From the human T2T-CHM13v2.0 reference genome, Homo sapiens, in the NCBI RefSeq assembly GCF_009914755.1, contig NC_060933.1: DNA of 64,000 nucleotides; one strand, given 5' to 3'. The notes beneath the pieces are model-generated. The model did no database searches and was not told where the DNA came from. It worked only from the letters and a program-made list of their open reading frames with translations. Of this stretch, positions 42,164 to 55,705 are shown piece by piece. Position 1 is the first letter of the stretch, and each line of letters starts with the position of its first letter. The position numbers and the translations under genes are program-made.

Positions 42164-42350
42164 ATATGTTTCACTCAGCTAACAGATGTAGCAATGTTTC
42201 ATACAATTTTGTGCATCAAGCACTTAGCACAGTTCATAGTACAAAGTAAGAACAAACAATTTCTATTCAGTGGGTATTTGTTTATGTAATGAGTTAGATT
42301 AGAAGTTCAGACAGATAATATTTTACAGATGAGGAAACAAAGATCACCCA

Positions 42351-42862
42351 TATGCAGTGAATTGAATTATTGTTCCCAATTCTTCACCTCCCAGCAGCAA
42401 GGTTATAAATGAACCACCTTTAACTTGCATTTTTTTTTTTTTTTTTTTTTAGTGTGGTGTCTCTGTGGGGTCACAATGTATTTGCCTATCCCATTGATAT
42501 TGGGCTTGCCAGGTGACTTGCTTTAGCCAATAGGATGAGTGTGTAAGTTACACCATGCTAATTCTCAGTTAAAGAGTTAAGAAGTGTTCCGGTTTCCGCT
42601 TGCCTCTCAGGCAGGGCTTCTTTCAGGTCATAAAAATAGTGCACCCAGGGAGCTGCTAGTTTCAGAAGGAGATGTGAGAAAACAAGAATCCACCTGAAGA
42701 CTGGAGCCCAGCTCAGCCGAACCATTGTAATCCAGCTAAGATTGCTAAAACCTCAGGAATTCACAGACCTGAGAGCTATAAAAAGGAAAATAAATAAAAA
42801 TAAGGTTGTAGGAGAGAGAGATTTTAAGGTTGTTTGCTACACAACAAAAAGTGACTACTACA
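42351..42862 (+). mobile_element. MLT1 (G/H-like) solo LTR inserted in a MIR
   Basis: GTGAATTGAATTATTGTTCCCAATTCTTCACC start, GGTGACTTGCTTTAGCCAATAGGATG, GTTTGCTACACAAC..GACTACTACA end. MIR core TTTTACAGATGAGGAAAC lies just upstream. Confidence 0.75.
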
Positions 42863-44635
42863 ATGAATTTAATAGCTGGAAATTGAATTTAGCCTTTCAC
42901 TATACAATGGGAAAGATTCATTTTAAATTTAAACAGTAATTCTTCTATTTAGTTCCTACTAAATGTTTAAGTTGGAATGCATCTTTAGTCTTTAAACTGT
43001 TTTATTTTTATTTCTTGATATTTATTTCACTCTGTAATTTACCATTAAAAAAGGACTTTTAACTTTTAAAAAGTCATCACTCAAAAGAAATTTGTTTCCC
43101 CAATTACAAAAATTAACAAGATAAAGAAACATAAATTAAAAATTTAAAAATGGCCATTTTAAAGATTGCTACTTTTCTCCTCTTATGAAAATATTCAACT
43201 CTAATGGATTTTGTTAATATCTCTCAGGTCCTCTATGGCATTTAAGAAATAACATTCACTGGAGTTTATACAATATAACTATGCAATTACTTTCCGCATC
43301 TTCGATGTGTAATGTGGGGAAATGCTCATTTATGGTTTTTTTTTTTTAGGCTAGCCCCATATATTTAACAGCAAACAGTTTACTAGCAAAACCAAGATGC
43401 CTCCTAATTACCTGAATTTATTTTTAGCACTTTCTCCATTAACTATGCATTAGAAAAATGTTTTTATAACTTATCCCATTAAGTATCATTATCAATATTG
43501 TGCTGTCATATCTTCCATGACCCTCCTTTCTGTGTGGGCTTCCCTGTTTATTTTATAGTAAATCTTTTAAAATGCAAATTTTATTCCCTCTTTCCCTGTG
43601 AGCTAGATTTAAGACCTCTTCCCTGAAGTGACCGTTCCTTCTTTCACTTTAGTCAAAAACTGATAACAGTCTTGGCAGTAGGAATGAATTTACTACTCAA
43701 TTAAAGTTACTAGAAAATTCGGGCAAAAGTACTATACTGGTTGGACAGTTAGACACTACCTCTGTGGCATTAAATTTAGTATTTTATGTACTGGAACTAA
43801 GACTAGGAGAGATTACATTCTAAATTGCACATACAGAACATCTTGGTATAATATACATGGTTTATTGGTATAAAACAATGCATTATTACTGGAAGTGTTA
43901 GATAAATTTTAAATGTATGTGAAATTGCCAATCAGCATTTTTCCAGTTCTATTTTCTACTATATATTTACTAATTGCTTTATAATAATTAAGAAAAGAGA
44001 AAAGTACTTACGAAGACAAGATAGAATACATTAAATGGTAGAATTTCAATATTTGTAATTTGTTTTTATTATTTGTTCCTGTATTTTTCTATTTAAATCC
44101 TTTATCTTAGCAAATACAGGTGCAAAATGATAGTCATAACACATACAACATTTAAAATAAAATATATGTCTTATGAGGAAAAAATAATCTTTCCATTCTT
44201 GTCTTCGTAAGCCTATATTTAACTTAATGTGAAAGCAGGAGGGGAGTTTCATTGTTTGGGCTTTTGAAAATGAAAGTCAGATAATAGTTTTCAAGTTTAT
44301 TCATCAGGAAACTTATCACATTTTAACAAGTCTTCCATTTAGAAAAATCTTTTTATTTTTCTTTTGGACATTCACTGGTGACTTAGCGTGACAAATTTTA
44401 TTCATTCTAAAATAGTACAGGAAAATCTGATGTTATCACTTAGAATATTAAATACTATATTGTAAGTTTAGGTTAAAATGAATAGTGTCAAAGGCAGTTC
44501 AACCTCAAAGGAAGAAACAGAAAATAGGATAACATGATCCTAAATTTTTACCTGACCTGATTTTATCAATACGTGTTACTCTATGCAACAAAGTTTTTGT
44601 GGCCAATGACCTTATATTACTTCTGTATCTTTAGT

Positions 44636-44746
44636 GCAGTTGTTCTTAACCTTGGCACTACTGACATTTGGAACTGAATAATTCTTTTGTGGGAGGTTGT
44701 CTTGTTCATTTCAGGATGCTTAAAAGCGTACCCAGCCTCTACCCAT
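44636..44746 (-). mobile_element. MER20-like hAT-Charlie DNA transposon fragment
   Basis: CAGTTGTTCTTAACCTTGGCACTACTGACATTTGG...ATAATTCTTTTGTGGGAG..AGGATGCTTA..CCTCTACCCA. Confidence 0.75.
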
Positions 44747-47680
44747 ATAAATATCCTTGACTCAATGCATAGAAAGCATTCTAGATGATAGTACCTTATT
44801 CTTGCCTGATATTGCCTCCAAGATGATGCTTTAGATTTTCTTTCAGCAGGACTTCCTTACGCACTGTCAGATCAGCAGCAGTGGGGTGATGTATTCTGTG
44901 TTACAGCCAGTGGATCCTGATTAGATGCTTTTTGGGAATTACCTGGCTGTCAATAAGGCATTCTGTAAGCACCTGCATAGTGGTGCTGGCTGAGGCCCAG
45001 AAAGAAGAAAAAGCAAACTCCCACTCTGAATAGGTACCTATTCCTTTGTAAATGAACCACATGAAACCTGTAGTATAAAAGGGCCCAATATAGTCAACTT
45101 GGAACTAGGTAGCCATTTGGTCTACCTAATAATGTCATACTATTACTTATTGTATGTAAGCATTGGTCTGTATTGTTGGAATTGGGGAAATTCACAGGTG
45201 GTGGTAACAGTAGTTTAGCTCAGGTAAGTAGAATGCATACTTCTGGGTGCATGCCTGACTTCTGTCCTTGTTATCATAGCCTAGTCTTTAATGTATGCAT
45301 AATGATAGTATTGTGGTGGCTGCTGGCATTTCTGTATCAACTAACATGAACTGGTTGAGCATTACTTTCACTTGGAAGTTTGATGCCTCTCCCCTGGTGT
45401 GTGTATTCTGGTAGGCATTCTTACTTCATGCCTAATACCCTATGTCCAAACATATACCTTTACCCTAGACTTCCTTGAGTAAATCTTTTAATCATTTTCT
45501 TCCCAAGTCCATCATCAACTAATCCAGCCATTTTCACTGCCCATTAGTCTGCATATGTTATAACCTTAGGTCAATTCTCCTTCCACATAGAGTAAATGTC
45601 CAAGTGCTCCTGTCTTATGAGAGTCTTTGAAGCCTAACCTTGAGTGAAGCCACCATTCCTTTCTGGCTAGCTTCCACATAATAAGCAAAACCACATGTAA
45701 AATATGCTTGGGCTTTTTCCTTATCTTGTAGCTGTTTTTAAGTGATTCACCCAAAGGGTCTGTTGAGCCCACTGAACTTTCTGACTCAGTGCATCTGACA
45801 GTACCAGACTCATCATGGGAAGTTACAGGCAGTCAAGATTCAAACCTTCTGCTTCTACCAGTGCTCAGTAGCATTACAGGAGCTATTTGAAAAATGACTT
45901 CAAATTTTTTATTGCATATTGCATACCCTTGCTCCAGAATCCCAGGATGCACCAGAGCTTGCCATAACTCCACACTGAATCTTTTCCCCACATCCATACT
46001 TCAACTTCAAAGATTATGTTGAATCATACAACCCACAGTGCTGCTGCTCACACTGCAGCCTGGAAGTGCTGAAGTGTGAAGCCCCTTTCAAAGCTGGAAG
46101 CCTTCCCTTTCTCCCTGTATGTGGGCTGGAGCAGTATTTGAGGGTGTACAATGTGTTTTCTTCGGAACTCGAGGAGGTCTACTAGGAGTTATACTTCCTT
46201 CTTTAGAGTAGGAGATGAAAACAAAATACAGCAATTTATCTTTTACATTAGAGGGGATGTCCTGTCATGTCCCTTACTACTGCACCATTAAAACTTTACA
46301 GTAGTGACTGGTCCTTTAATCATTGAATGGTTTATCTTCCAGCCTCTGAAACACACGTGTCCTACCAAAGCCAACTGGAGCCACTTCTTGTTTATCCTTC
46401 CTAATGAGCATAATGTCATTGATGTAATAAATCAACATAATGTTCTGCAGGATGTCTAGACAGTCCAGATCTCTTTTTACTATATTATGACAGAGTGTAA
46501 TAGAGTTAACACAGTCCTTTGGCAAACAGTAAATGGATATTCTTGTTTGGTCCAAGGGAACGGGAACGAGAGCTGTTTCTTATCCTTTTTGCTAAATGAA
46601 TATCAAACATATTTACAAAATCAATGGCCACATAGTCTACCCAAGTTTGATTACTCTGCTCTACCAAACATATCACATTTGGCACAGCAGCTGCAATTGC
46701 AGTTACTATTTGGTTAAGTCTACAGTGTTGTATAGTTATTCATTGGGATTCAGGATCCATCCGGCTTCTGCATGAGTCAGACTAGTAGATTAAAGGAAGA
46801 TATAATGGGAACAATTATTGCTGCATCTTTTTATTCTATCAACTTGCATGGAAAAGTAAGCTGCATATTTTATATCCTTAAACATGGTAATATATCTCTG
46901 CCATTCCTCCTGGTAATCTGGCCTTCCCCCATTATGAAGGCACCCTCACAGGCAAAAGACCCAAACTCTAGTGTTACTTTAACTGCTAAGTATATCAATT
47001 CCAAATATATATTCAGATTTCAAGAAAATTTCCACCAAGCAGACCTGTGGAATCCATTTTAAGTTGGATTTTAGTCAGGATTCTATTATCTGAACTCACA
47101 TGACCCCACATTAGGGGAGCCATAAGGCCACTTTAGTTCTGCAGGCATTAATGCTAACGTAAACTCTGTGTTCAACTGTCCTCAAAATATCTCTGTGTTT
47201 CTCTTTCCCCAGTGTACAGTAAATGACCCATAGGTAATAGCCCAAGTAAATGGCCATAGGTCCCTGGAAAAAACCTAGAGAAAATATTACGGTGTGTCCT
47301 TGCCGAGGTGTTGTAGGGTACTTAACCAGGAGGAACGAACCACCATGTCAGTTTATAGTTTCTGGGTCTGAAATAGGTATACATAATACTTACTTTCCTA
47401 AGCCTTTTAATCCCATCCTCTGCCACCTGTCATGGCAATTCAGGCTTATCAACCCCTGGATGGATTATGCTGTGACTTAATCCTGTTTGTAGGTTTAGAG
47501 GCCAGAAAAGGAAATGGCTACAGCTTTTGAGGGACAGCAGCTTCCGTGAGTAAATACCTTTGTAGTGTTTTCTGATTTGGAGGGAAGGTGTGGGTTTTAT
47601 GGGGTGAGGTAGCCCACTTCTTCAAGCTCAGAACATTAAGAAAAGTCTAGAGAGTTAAAAAAAACAACAAAACTCCAGAG

Positions 47681-48090
47681 TTTGTTAGCCTGTTCTCACT
47701 ATGCTATAAAGAAATACCTGAGACTGGGTAATTCATAAAGGAAAGAGGTTTAATTGGCTCATGGTTCTGCAGGCTGTACAGGAAGCATGATGTTGGCCAT
47801 CTACTAGACTTTTGGGGAGGCCTCAGGAAACTTACAATTATGGCAGAAGGCAAAGGGGAAGCTAGCATTTTACATAACAGGAGCAGGAGGAAGAGAGAGA
47901 GGGGGAAGGTGTTACACACTTTTAAACAACTAGATCTCACAAGAATTAACTCACTATTGTGACACAGTATAAAGGGGAAAATCCCACCCACACACATGAT
48001 CCAATCACCTCCCACCAGGCTCAACCTCCGATACTGGGGATTACAATTTGACATGAGATTTGGGTGGGAACACAGATCCAAACCATATTA
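47681..48090 (-). mobile_element. MSTA solo LTR nested in ERVL
   Basis: GCTATAAAGAAATACCTGAGACTGGGTAATT...CATGAGATTTGGGTGGGAACACAGATCCAAACCATAT. TSD CAGAG/CAGGG. Confidence 0.92.
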
Positions 48091-48326
48091 CAGGGCATCT
48101 ACTTAGATGTCCCAGTCTTGGGTCAGGGTCCCAGGTTTCCCAACTTGGGCCTGATCTGTGGCAAAACAGATCTGCTATCATTGAACACTGAATGGCCTTT
48201 GAATTTTAGCAATCTGTTTTTCAAATTCTTGGCTTGATCTTAGTTTTTCCTGATCACTCAGAACAAGAGAAAAAGGCTACTTTGGCTTCTTTGTGATATA
48301 CCAAAGAGATTATCTGGCTCTCACAG

Positions 48327-49590
48327 TTGTTTTTTGTTTGTTTGTTTTGTAATTGCAACTTTAATTTTAAATGTAGGGGTTACATGTACAGGTCTGTTAT
48401 ATGGGTATATTATAGGATGCAGAGGTTTGGGATACAATTGAATACATCCCCCAGGAAGTGAGCATTAAACCCAACACTTTTTGAACCCTTGCCTCACTCC
48501 CTTTTTCCCTTCTGTAGTAGGCCCTGGTCTCTATTGTTGCCATGTTTATGTCCAAAAGTACCCATTGTTTAGCTCCCACTTATAAGTGAGAACATGTGGT
48601 ATTTGATTTTCTGTTTCCTCATTAGTTGGCTTAGGATAATGGCCTCTAGCTGTATGTATGTTACTGCGAAAGACATGACGTCATTCTTTTTTAATGGCTA
48701 TTTAGTATTCCATGGTGTATATGTACCACAGTTTCTTTATCCAATCCACAGTTGATGGGCACCCAGGTGGAGTCCACATCTTTGCTATTGTGAATAGTGC
48801 TACAATTAACATAAAAGTGCATATTTTTGGTAGAACAATTTATTTTATTTTGGATATATATTCATTAATAGGATCGCAGGGTCAAATGGTAGTTCTGTTG
48901 TAAGTTCTTTGAGAAAACTCCAAACTCATTTTCACAGTGGCTGAACTAATCTACATTCCTACCAACAGTATATAAGTACTCCCTTTTCTCCACAGCCTTG
49001 CCAGCATCTGTTTTTGTTTTTTGTTTTTAATAATAGGCATTCTGACTGGTGTGAGATGGCATATCATGGTTTTGATTTGCATTTCTCTGATGATTAGTAA
49101 TGTTGAGCATTTTTTCCATATGTTTGTTGGCTGCTTGTATTTCTTCTTTTGAGAAGTGTCTGTTCATGTCTTTTGCTCACTTCTTAATGGGGTTATTTGT
49201 TTTTTGCTTGTTGAATTAAGTTCCTTATAGATTCTGGATATTAGACCTTTGCTGGATGCATAGTTTGCAAATATTTATTTCTCATTCCATAGCTTGTCTG
49301 TTTACTTTGTTTATAGTTTCTTTTGCTGTGCAGAAGCACCTTAGTTTAGTTAGGTCCCACTTGTCAATATTTATTTTTGTTGCAATTGCTTTTGAGGACT
49401 TAGCCATAAATTATTTTCCAAGGCTGATGTCCAGAATTGTCTTTCTTAGGTTTTCTCCTAGGATTCTATAGTTTTAGGTATTCCATTTAAATCTTTAATC
49501 CATCTTGAGTTAATTTTTTGTACATGGTAAAAGGTACAGGTCCAGTTTCATTGTTTCACATATAGTTATCCAGTTATCCCCAGCACCATT
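48327..49590 (-). mobile_element. 5'-truncated L1 (L1PA16/17-like)
   Basis: (TTTG)n tail, L1PA 3'UTR (TTTAGCTCCCACTTATAAGTGAGAACATG) and ORF2 3' end reverse complement. Confidence 0.92.
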
Positions 49591-49897
49591 CAGTATTTTA
49601 TTATTAGTCTACATCAAGGCAATTTATCAATAAGCATCCAATTCTTTTATTTTTATACTGACACCTCCCTTATACATTTCAGATGCTTGGGTTATGACAC
49701 TGTATTTGCCTCCACTCACATTCCATTCCATATCACCATGGGTAAAAACTTTAAGAATTAAACTGCCACCATATCCCAGGAAATCTTTGCACATCATTTA
49801 TCTCCATGAAAGGGACTTCATTTCCAGCTGGATGGTGAATGAATAGGCTGTGGCAAAACTTCAGCTCAGAATCAGCTTTCTCAGAGCCTTGAAATAA

Positions 49898-50270
49898 CTG
49901 TCAAAGTTGATTTTTTGGAGAAGCAGAAGTTAAGATGAAGTTAAGAGCGTAAAATGATTTTGGGGGTTTAACATCAGTTAATCCCACAAGGTAAGAAGTA
50001 GGATTGGGCAGGTGAACTTCTAGATAAAGCCATGAGTCTGACAAATCTCTGCCAATGAAATGATGGGCTCCAGAGCAAAGAATGTCTGCTTTGGATATTC
50101 TGCCTTAGTTGAAAATGGGGAGCCCCTTGTAATTACCTTGCTTTGAGAGGATGGGACTCCAGCTTCAATACTGAAAACACTAAGAACTAGGAGCTCTTAG
50201 CAAACCCCAACCCTTGTAACTGGGAGGCACTCCCTCCTTGAGGAGGAATCTGTGGTGCTGACTCACCATC
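49898..50270 (-). mobile_element. LTR16A-like 5' LTR of the second ERVL
   Basis: TGTC..GGAGAAGCAGA..AGATGAAGTT..AGTAGGATTGGGCAG..TCTCTGCCAA..GGGCTCCAGAGCAAAG matches the LTR16 reverse complement. Confidence 0.7.
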
Positions 50271-50399
50271 AAAACATGAGTCTTCAGACTTTCTAAACTA
50301 ATTGTCATGTTGGTTTTGTGAAAGTGTTTGGCAAAAGACATGCTGTTCTGTGTAATAAAATGGGAAAAGATTTTGACTTAGTTTCTTGGGAATATAAGC

Positions 50400-50511
50400 A
50401 GATAGAGGGAAAGAAAGAAAAGAGAAGGGAGTGAGGTAGGGAGAGAGGGAGAGGGAGGGAGAGGGGATAGAGAGGAAAGAAGGGAGAGACACATACAGAG
50501 AGAGGGAAGAG
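50400..50511. repeat. GA-rich low-complexity polypurine tract
   Basis: About 110 nt of mostly purines (GGGAGA repeats). Confidence 0.9.
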
Positions 50512-50669
50512 TCCTAAACTTCTAGAGAAAAAGCAAAGAGGATCTGATTTTTTTTTTTGAAATGCTATAACAAACACTTTTCAGTCTTTTGAAACTTTTA
50601 ATAAAGTTTTGAATAAAATAAAGATCAGTGCTTCATTTTGGTTGAAATCAAGTGAAATATTTTTTGTTC

Positions 50670-53215
50670 TAGATCCGGAGTGATACAGTGTAGAGCAAAA
50701 GAACCACAACTGGATAATAAGATAATTCATAATTTGAAACCCTTCCATAGATGACACTGAAACTTTCCTACCTCCTAATTCTAATAACCATATGAAGTAT
50801 CTATGATTGCCCCTATATGGAAGAGAATGGGAGAAGTCATCATGTATTGAAATCCCACAGCCTGGAAATAGCAGAGCCAAAATTAAAATCTCAAATCTGT
50901 GGACTGTGTTCCCATTCAGACTTAGAACAAATATTTAAACAAATACTTGGTTTTGGTTCCCAGAAGCAAAACACTGGAATCATTGTTCACTCCCGTTTAC
51001 TTTTTCTATTCTACACATCTAATCAGTTGATAATATATGAGCAGCCTTTATTTACAGGACTCTTTAACAATTTTTCTTTTGGTTCCTATTTGCCACCACT
51101 GATACCCAGACCCCACAATGCTTCAATCCCAAATTTCTGTGACTAGCCTCCTACATTTCCTCCTCAAACTTTTATCTCTGCATATTTATAAAACGCAATT
51201 ATCACCTGGCTATTTTATTATTCAAAAATGATCAGGGATTCCTCATGGCTTATTTTTATATGTTCAATCATTTTTGGTGTTTAGTACATGTCAGCAAGCA
51301 TGTTAGGTGTTGGGGTACAATGATGCATAAAGGCCTAGTCCTTGCTCTTGGGAATATCACACAGTTGTAGACGTGGCAGAACACAGAGAGGAAAGTATGG
51401 ATTTGCATGGAGCAGCATAGGTAATATGGAAAGGGAGATTTGTGATGATTATATCACTCTTAGCCTCTTCAACCTGTCCTTCCTGTTGAGCTCCACTCTC
51501 CCAATTTTTTTCTAGCCACCAGCCAACAAAAATGTCCCATTCCTATTTGAACAGTATTTTAGTTTGACCCTCATACACAAAGCTCTTGCTCACCTTTTAT
51601 CTTTGTTCATTATTCCTGCCCGAGATGGCTTTCAACAACTTGTGTCTGTGCATGCACATCTTTTTCCAGCTTTTAAAAGATAAGCACAAAAGCCAAGGTT
51701 TTGTTTCTATCATAGAGATTTACCAGACAATTGAAGGCCATACCATTTGTTCTCTTCTCTAAATCCCTTTTGCACATAACTGATTACATCCCACTCTTAG
51801 AATTTCTCTATACGTTATTGAATTCAGCATGAGAATATCATCTTTAAAATTAGCTCTTTTATTCATCAAGGGGTTATTCTAAACTAGGCAGCACAATTAA
51901 ATAGGACCCTGTTTCTATTTTACTCACCTTATAGAGAAGTAGAAATAGATGGATGGTTTAACCCATCATTGAACAGCTGTTTTCAGGACTCCTATCAAAT
52001 ACCTCAGCAAATGTTTTATGTATTCTGGGTATGTGGTAAACAAGTCAGAGTTCTTGTTTTAATGAAGTTTATAACCTAGTAATACAGATGTATTAAAATA
52101 AACAAATTAAAACTATATTTATAGACTTGGAGATAATGAAATTAAAGAAGGAGGATATAAGCAAGAATGCCTGGGATTCTGCAACTTTTTCAGAGTAGTC
52201 TGAAAATGTCTTGTCAAAAGAGTCAAAACGATATCCATTCTATTAACTCCTCCCTCATATGACAAGGAGCTAGTCATATGGCAAACATAGGAAGGGGCAT
52301 TTCAGGCGAAGAAAATACTGTTGCAAAAGCCTGGAAAGCTAAAGTAACCAGAGCAAGTGAAGCAGGAAGTTGTACAAGAAGCTGGAGAAAAAGGCTCTTA
52401 TTGTTAGCAAACAGTGACATTTGGAATTATTTCTCGTTGATTTTCTTATTAGAAATGCTTTGTACTCTCTGGTGGAGTATGGGATACTGATGGCTCTTGA
52501 CATTTTGTTGTTTTATATGCACATCAATTGAAAACTAGGATCATAATTTTTTAGTGATAATATCTTATAAGGGTTATGTCTAATCTTCCCAAAATGGCTT
52601 TACAATTTAGTCCTCCTTAAAATTTCAAGTATCAAAAATAAAGAACTAACACTATGCTGGCATCTCTGACAGCAAACCAATTCCTGAATTAAGTTGTTGG
52701 TGGGAGTGGGACATATTTCAAAGCTTAAAAAACGGTAAAAAGCTAACCCACCAATTTCATAGAGAGGAAAATACAACGAACCTGTTTGCTACAGTTCTAG
52801 CCCTGGTTCAGGTGACCTATAATTGAAATACTCTGAGTAATCTCATTTTTTTTTTCAGGTTTAATTAAATAAATCTATACCCTGGAGTTTTCCCTTCTTC
52901 TATTGTCTCTAGTCTCTGAGGTAATGTAGAAATTTGCTGACTGCTAGGGTAGTTTAATTAATGTAACAATTTTAATTCTAGCTAATATTAGTATTTAGTA
53001 TATATCAAACATTTTGCTAAGTATCTTGTTTGTACTTTTTAAATTTAATTATCTCAGAGCTCTATGAGAGATGTGTTATGATTATCCTTATTTATAAGAT
53101 TAATAAACAGAGGCTAAGAAAATTAATTTGCTTCAGGTCACACAATTAGTAAGTGACAGAAACAGGATTTGAATCCAGGCAGCTTGATTTTTTAATTTAC
53201 ACTTAACCACCACTC
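50670..53215. mobile_element. Cluster of MIR and L2 fragments in mixed orientation
   Basis: Examples: GTGTTGGGGTACAATGATG..GTCCTTGCTCT (L2, minus, ~51.3 kb), GGCATTTCAGGCGAAG (L2, minus, ~52.3 kb), AAACAGAGGCTAAGA..AGGTCACACAATTAGTAAGTGACAGAAACAGGATTTGAATCCAGG (MIR, minus, ~53.1 kb). Confidence 0.6.
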
Positions 53216-53582
53216 TTTCAAATTAAACCAAACAAAACCCACAAATTTGAAAATATATTTGGAAATCTGAATTATATGTATTTTCAATTTCTAATAATCA
53301 AATTAGATAATTATAAATACACCATATATTTTCATGTAATACTTTAACAGTGAAATACCTCAGTAAAAAACCAACACACTCAGAGTATTACATATATTAT
53401 GTAATTTTGGGGTAATAAGACAACAAATATGAATTGGTGATGCAAACATGGTTTTATAAATAGAGAGCATGGTAAGAAAAATTCCTAATTTTATTTTTTT
53501 CAATAAATTCCTTTTATGAATTCAGTGTACCTTCATCAATTCTCCATCTCAGTTGCTGCATGTACCATAAAGAAATAAAATG

Positions 53583-54679
53583 CCCATGCCTATATCCCGA
53601 GGGGTATTGCCTAGGTTTTCATGTCTAAAACATCAAAAGCAATGGCAACAAAAGCCAAAATTGACAAATGGGATCTAATTAAACTAAAGAACTTCGGCAC
53701 AGCAAAAGAAACTACCATCAGAGTGAAGAGGCAACCTACAAAATGGGAGGAAATTTTTGCAATCTACTCATCTGACAAAGGGCTAATATCCACAATCTAC
53801 AAAGAACTCAAACAAATTTACAAGAAGAAAACAACCCCATCAAAAAGTGGGTGAAGGATATGAACAGACACTTCTCAAAAGAAGACATTTATGCAGCCAA
53901 CAGACACATGAAAAAATGCTCATCATCACTGGCCATCAGAGAAATGCAAATCAAAACCACAATGAGATACCAACCATCTCACACCAGTTAGAATGGCAAT
54001 CATTAACAAGTCAGGAAACAACAGGTGCTGGAGAGGATGTGGAGAAATAGGAACACTTTTACACTGTTGGTGGGACTGTAAACTGGTTCAACCATTGTGG
54101 AAGACAGTGTGGCGATTCCTCAGGGCTCTAGAACCAGAAATACCATTGGACGCAGCCATCCCATTACTGGGTATATACCCAAAGGATTATAAAACATGCT
54201 GCTATAAAGACTCATGCACACGTATGTTTATTGCGGCACTATTCACAATAGCAAAGACGTGGAACCAACCCAAATGTCCATCAATGATAGACTGGATTAA
54301 GAAAATGTGGCACATATACACCATGGAATACTATGCAACCATAAAAAATGATGAGTTCATGTCATTTGTAGAGACATGGATGAAGCTGCAAACCATCATT
54401 CTCAGCAAACTATTGCAAGGACAAAAAACCAAACACCGCATGTTCTCTCTCATAGGCGGGAATTGAACAATGAGAACACTTGGACACAGAAAGGGGAACA
54501 TCACACACTGGGGCCTGTTGTGGGGTGGGGGGACGGGAGAGGGATAGCATTAGGAGACATACCTAATGTTAAATGACGAGCTAATGGGTGCAGGACACCA
54601 ACATGGCACATGTATACATATGTAACAAACCTGCACATTGTGCACATGTACCCTAAAACTTAAAGTATAATTTAAAAAA
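53583..54679 (+). mobile_element. 5'-truncated L1PA4/5-like element with a short 5' inversion (twin priming)
   Basis: ORF2 C-terminus '[29 protein letters not shown]' (53993-54466) and 3'UTR. Perfect TSD AAAGAAATAAAATG at 53569-53582 and 54680-54693. 53581-53620 is inverted L1. Confidence 0.95.
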
Positions 54680-55096
54680 AAAGAAATAAAATGATGTCTT
54701 CTCAAATATCTCGGAGTTAATTTTAGAGATCACTGTGTGTGTTTTGTGTGTACATAATTATAGGTAATGCTTAATAAAAAGGATGCTTAACAATGAACTT
54801 GCTATTGTACACAGGGGGATTTTTAGCTTTCAGAGCATTATGTATGCACTTCTCCCACCACACGATTACAGATTAATTATTCCAGAGTGATTTTCTGACA
54901 TCATGATGTAAAACATCCATATGTTTAACTGTTGAAACACATTCCAACACGATAGAACAATAATGACAAAATAAATAAAAAATCTAAAAATAAATTATTC
55001 TTAGCTTTGTGTATCTATCAAATAATTTAGGGTCATTTTTACTTTTTTCTGTTTTGAGTCTTTTATTTTCTTTAGCTATCCCTTGATTTTGAAGTC

Positions 55097-55138
55097 GTGT
55101 GTTTGTGTGTGTGTGTGTTTGTGTTTGTATGTGTGTGA
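55097..55138. repeat. Imperfect (TG)n microsatellite
   Basis: Directly visible. Confidence 0.85.
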
Positions 55139-55499
55139 TGTTTGAATTATTTCACCTTTGTCCTATGTATTTTCTAGACTCTATTCTTTTTATGAGAGGT
55201 CTGAGCATCAATGGTCAGAGAGTAATATAAAGATTTGAATTGATTCAGAGATATACAGGTGCATATGCTTGTACCAGCAACTGAGGACTTGGGCAACAAG
55301 AAAGGCATCCTCTTTACTGGGGCCACCACTACCTAGATTTTTCCGCTTGTAGGAGCAAGGGAAGGTCAGCCCAGTCTGGACAGACATCTGATTTTTGAAA
55401 AATGTTTAAACTCCTTAATTTAAAATGTTGGTCTTTAATTCCAAAATATTTTAAGATGTCTGTGCCACACAAAACATGTGCACAGCCTGTCATTTAAAA

Positions 55500-55705
55500 C
55501 TACAAAGTATAATGGGATTGACTCTGAAGTTTAATAAGAGTTATCAATTATTAGTTACTCTTGCTATCGAAGCCTCCAATTTTTTTTTACATAGAACATA
55601 AAAATGATACTATATCACACTGATTGTTTAGAGTATTATAAAATGTAACACATGAAGGTTCTGGGCACATTTCCTGATACACAGAAAGATTTATTTAAAT
55701 TTTAA
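55500..55705 (+). mobile_element. MIR fragment
   Basis: AAAATGATACTATATCACACTGATTGTTTAGAGTATT..CATGAAGGTTCTGGGCACATTTCCTGATACACAG. Confidence 0.5.

Larger units (their letters stand above)
44750..49897 (-). mobile_element. Decayed ERVL (HERV16-like) internal region, interrupted by MSTA and L1
   Basis: RT remnant 'LPKDCVNSITLCHNIVKRDLD..IYYINDIMLI' (46316-46555) resembles ERVL [31 protein letters not shown]. RNase H-like region near 45.4-45.7 kb. Confidence 0.8.

Noticed and set aside
43320-43360. Strong-looking splice acceptor (T-run then AG), with similar sites at ~4875 and ~52858
   Set aside because: No convincing paired donor or reading frame, and such motifs are frequent in AT-rich DNA. 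A lncRNA exon cannot be excluded without transcript data.
53993-54466. Longest ORF in the window (157 aa, Cys-rich)
   Set aside because: It is the C-terminus of L1 ORF2p in a 5'-truncated copy, not a host gene.
54510-54545. G-quadruplex-like G-runs
   Set aside because: A well-known standard feature of the L1PA 3'UTR.
55255-55495. Possible hAT (MER102-like) fragment
   Set aside because: Similarity too weak to support by eye.
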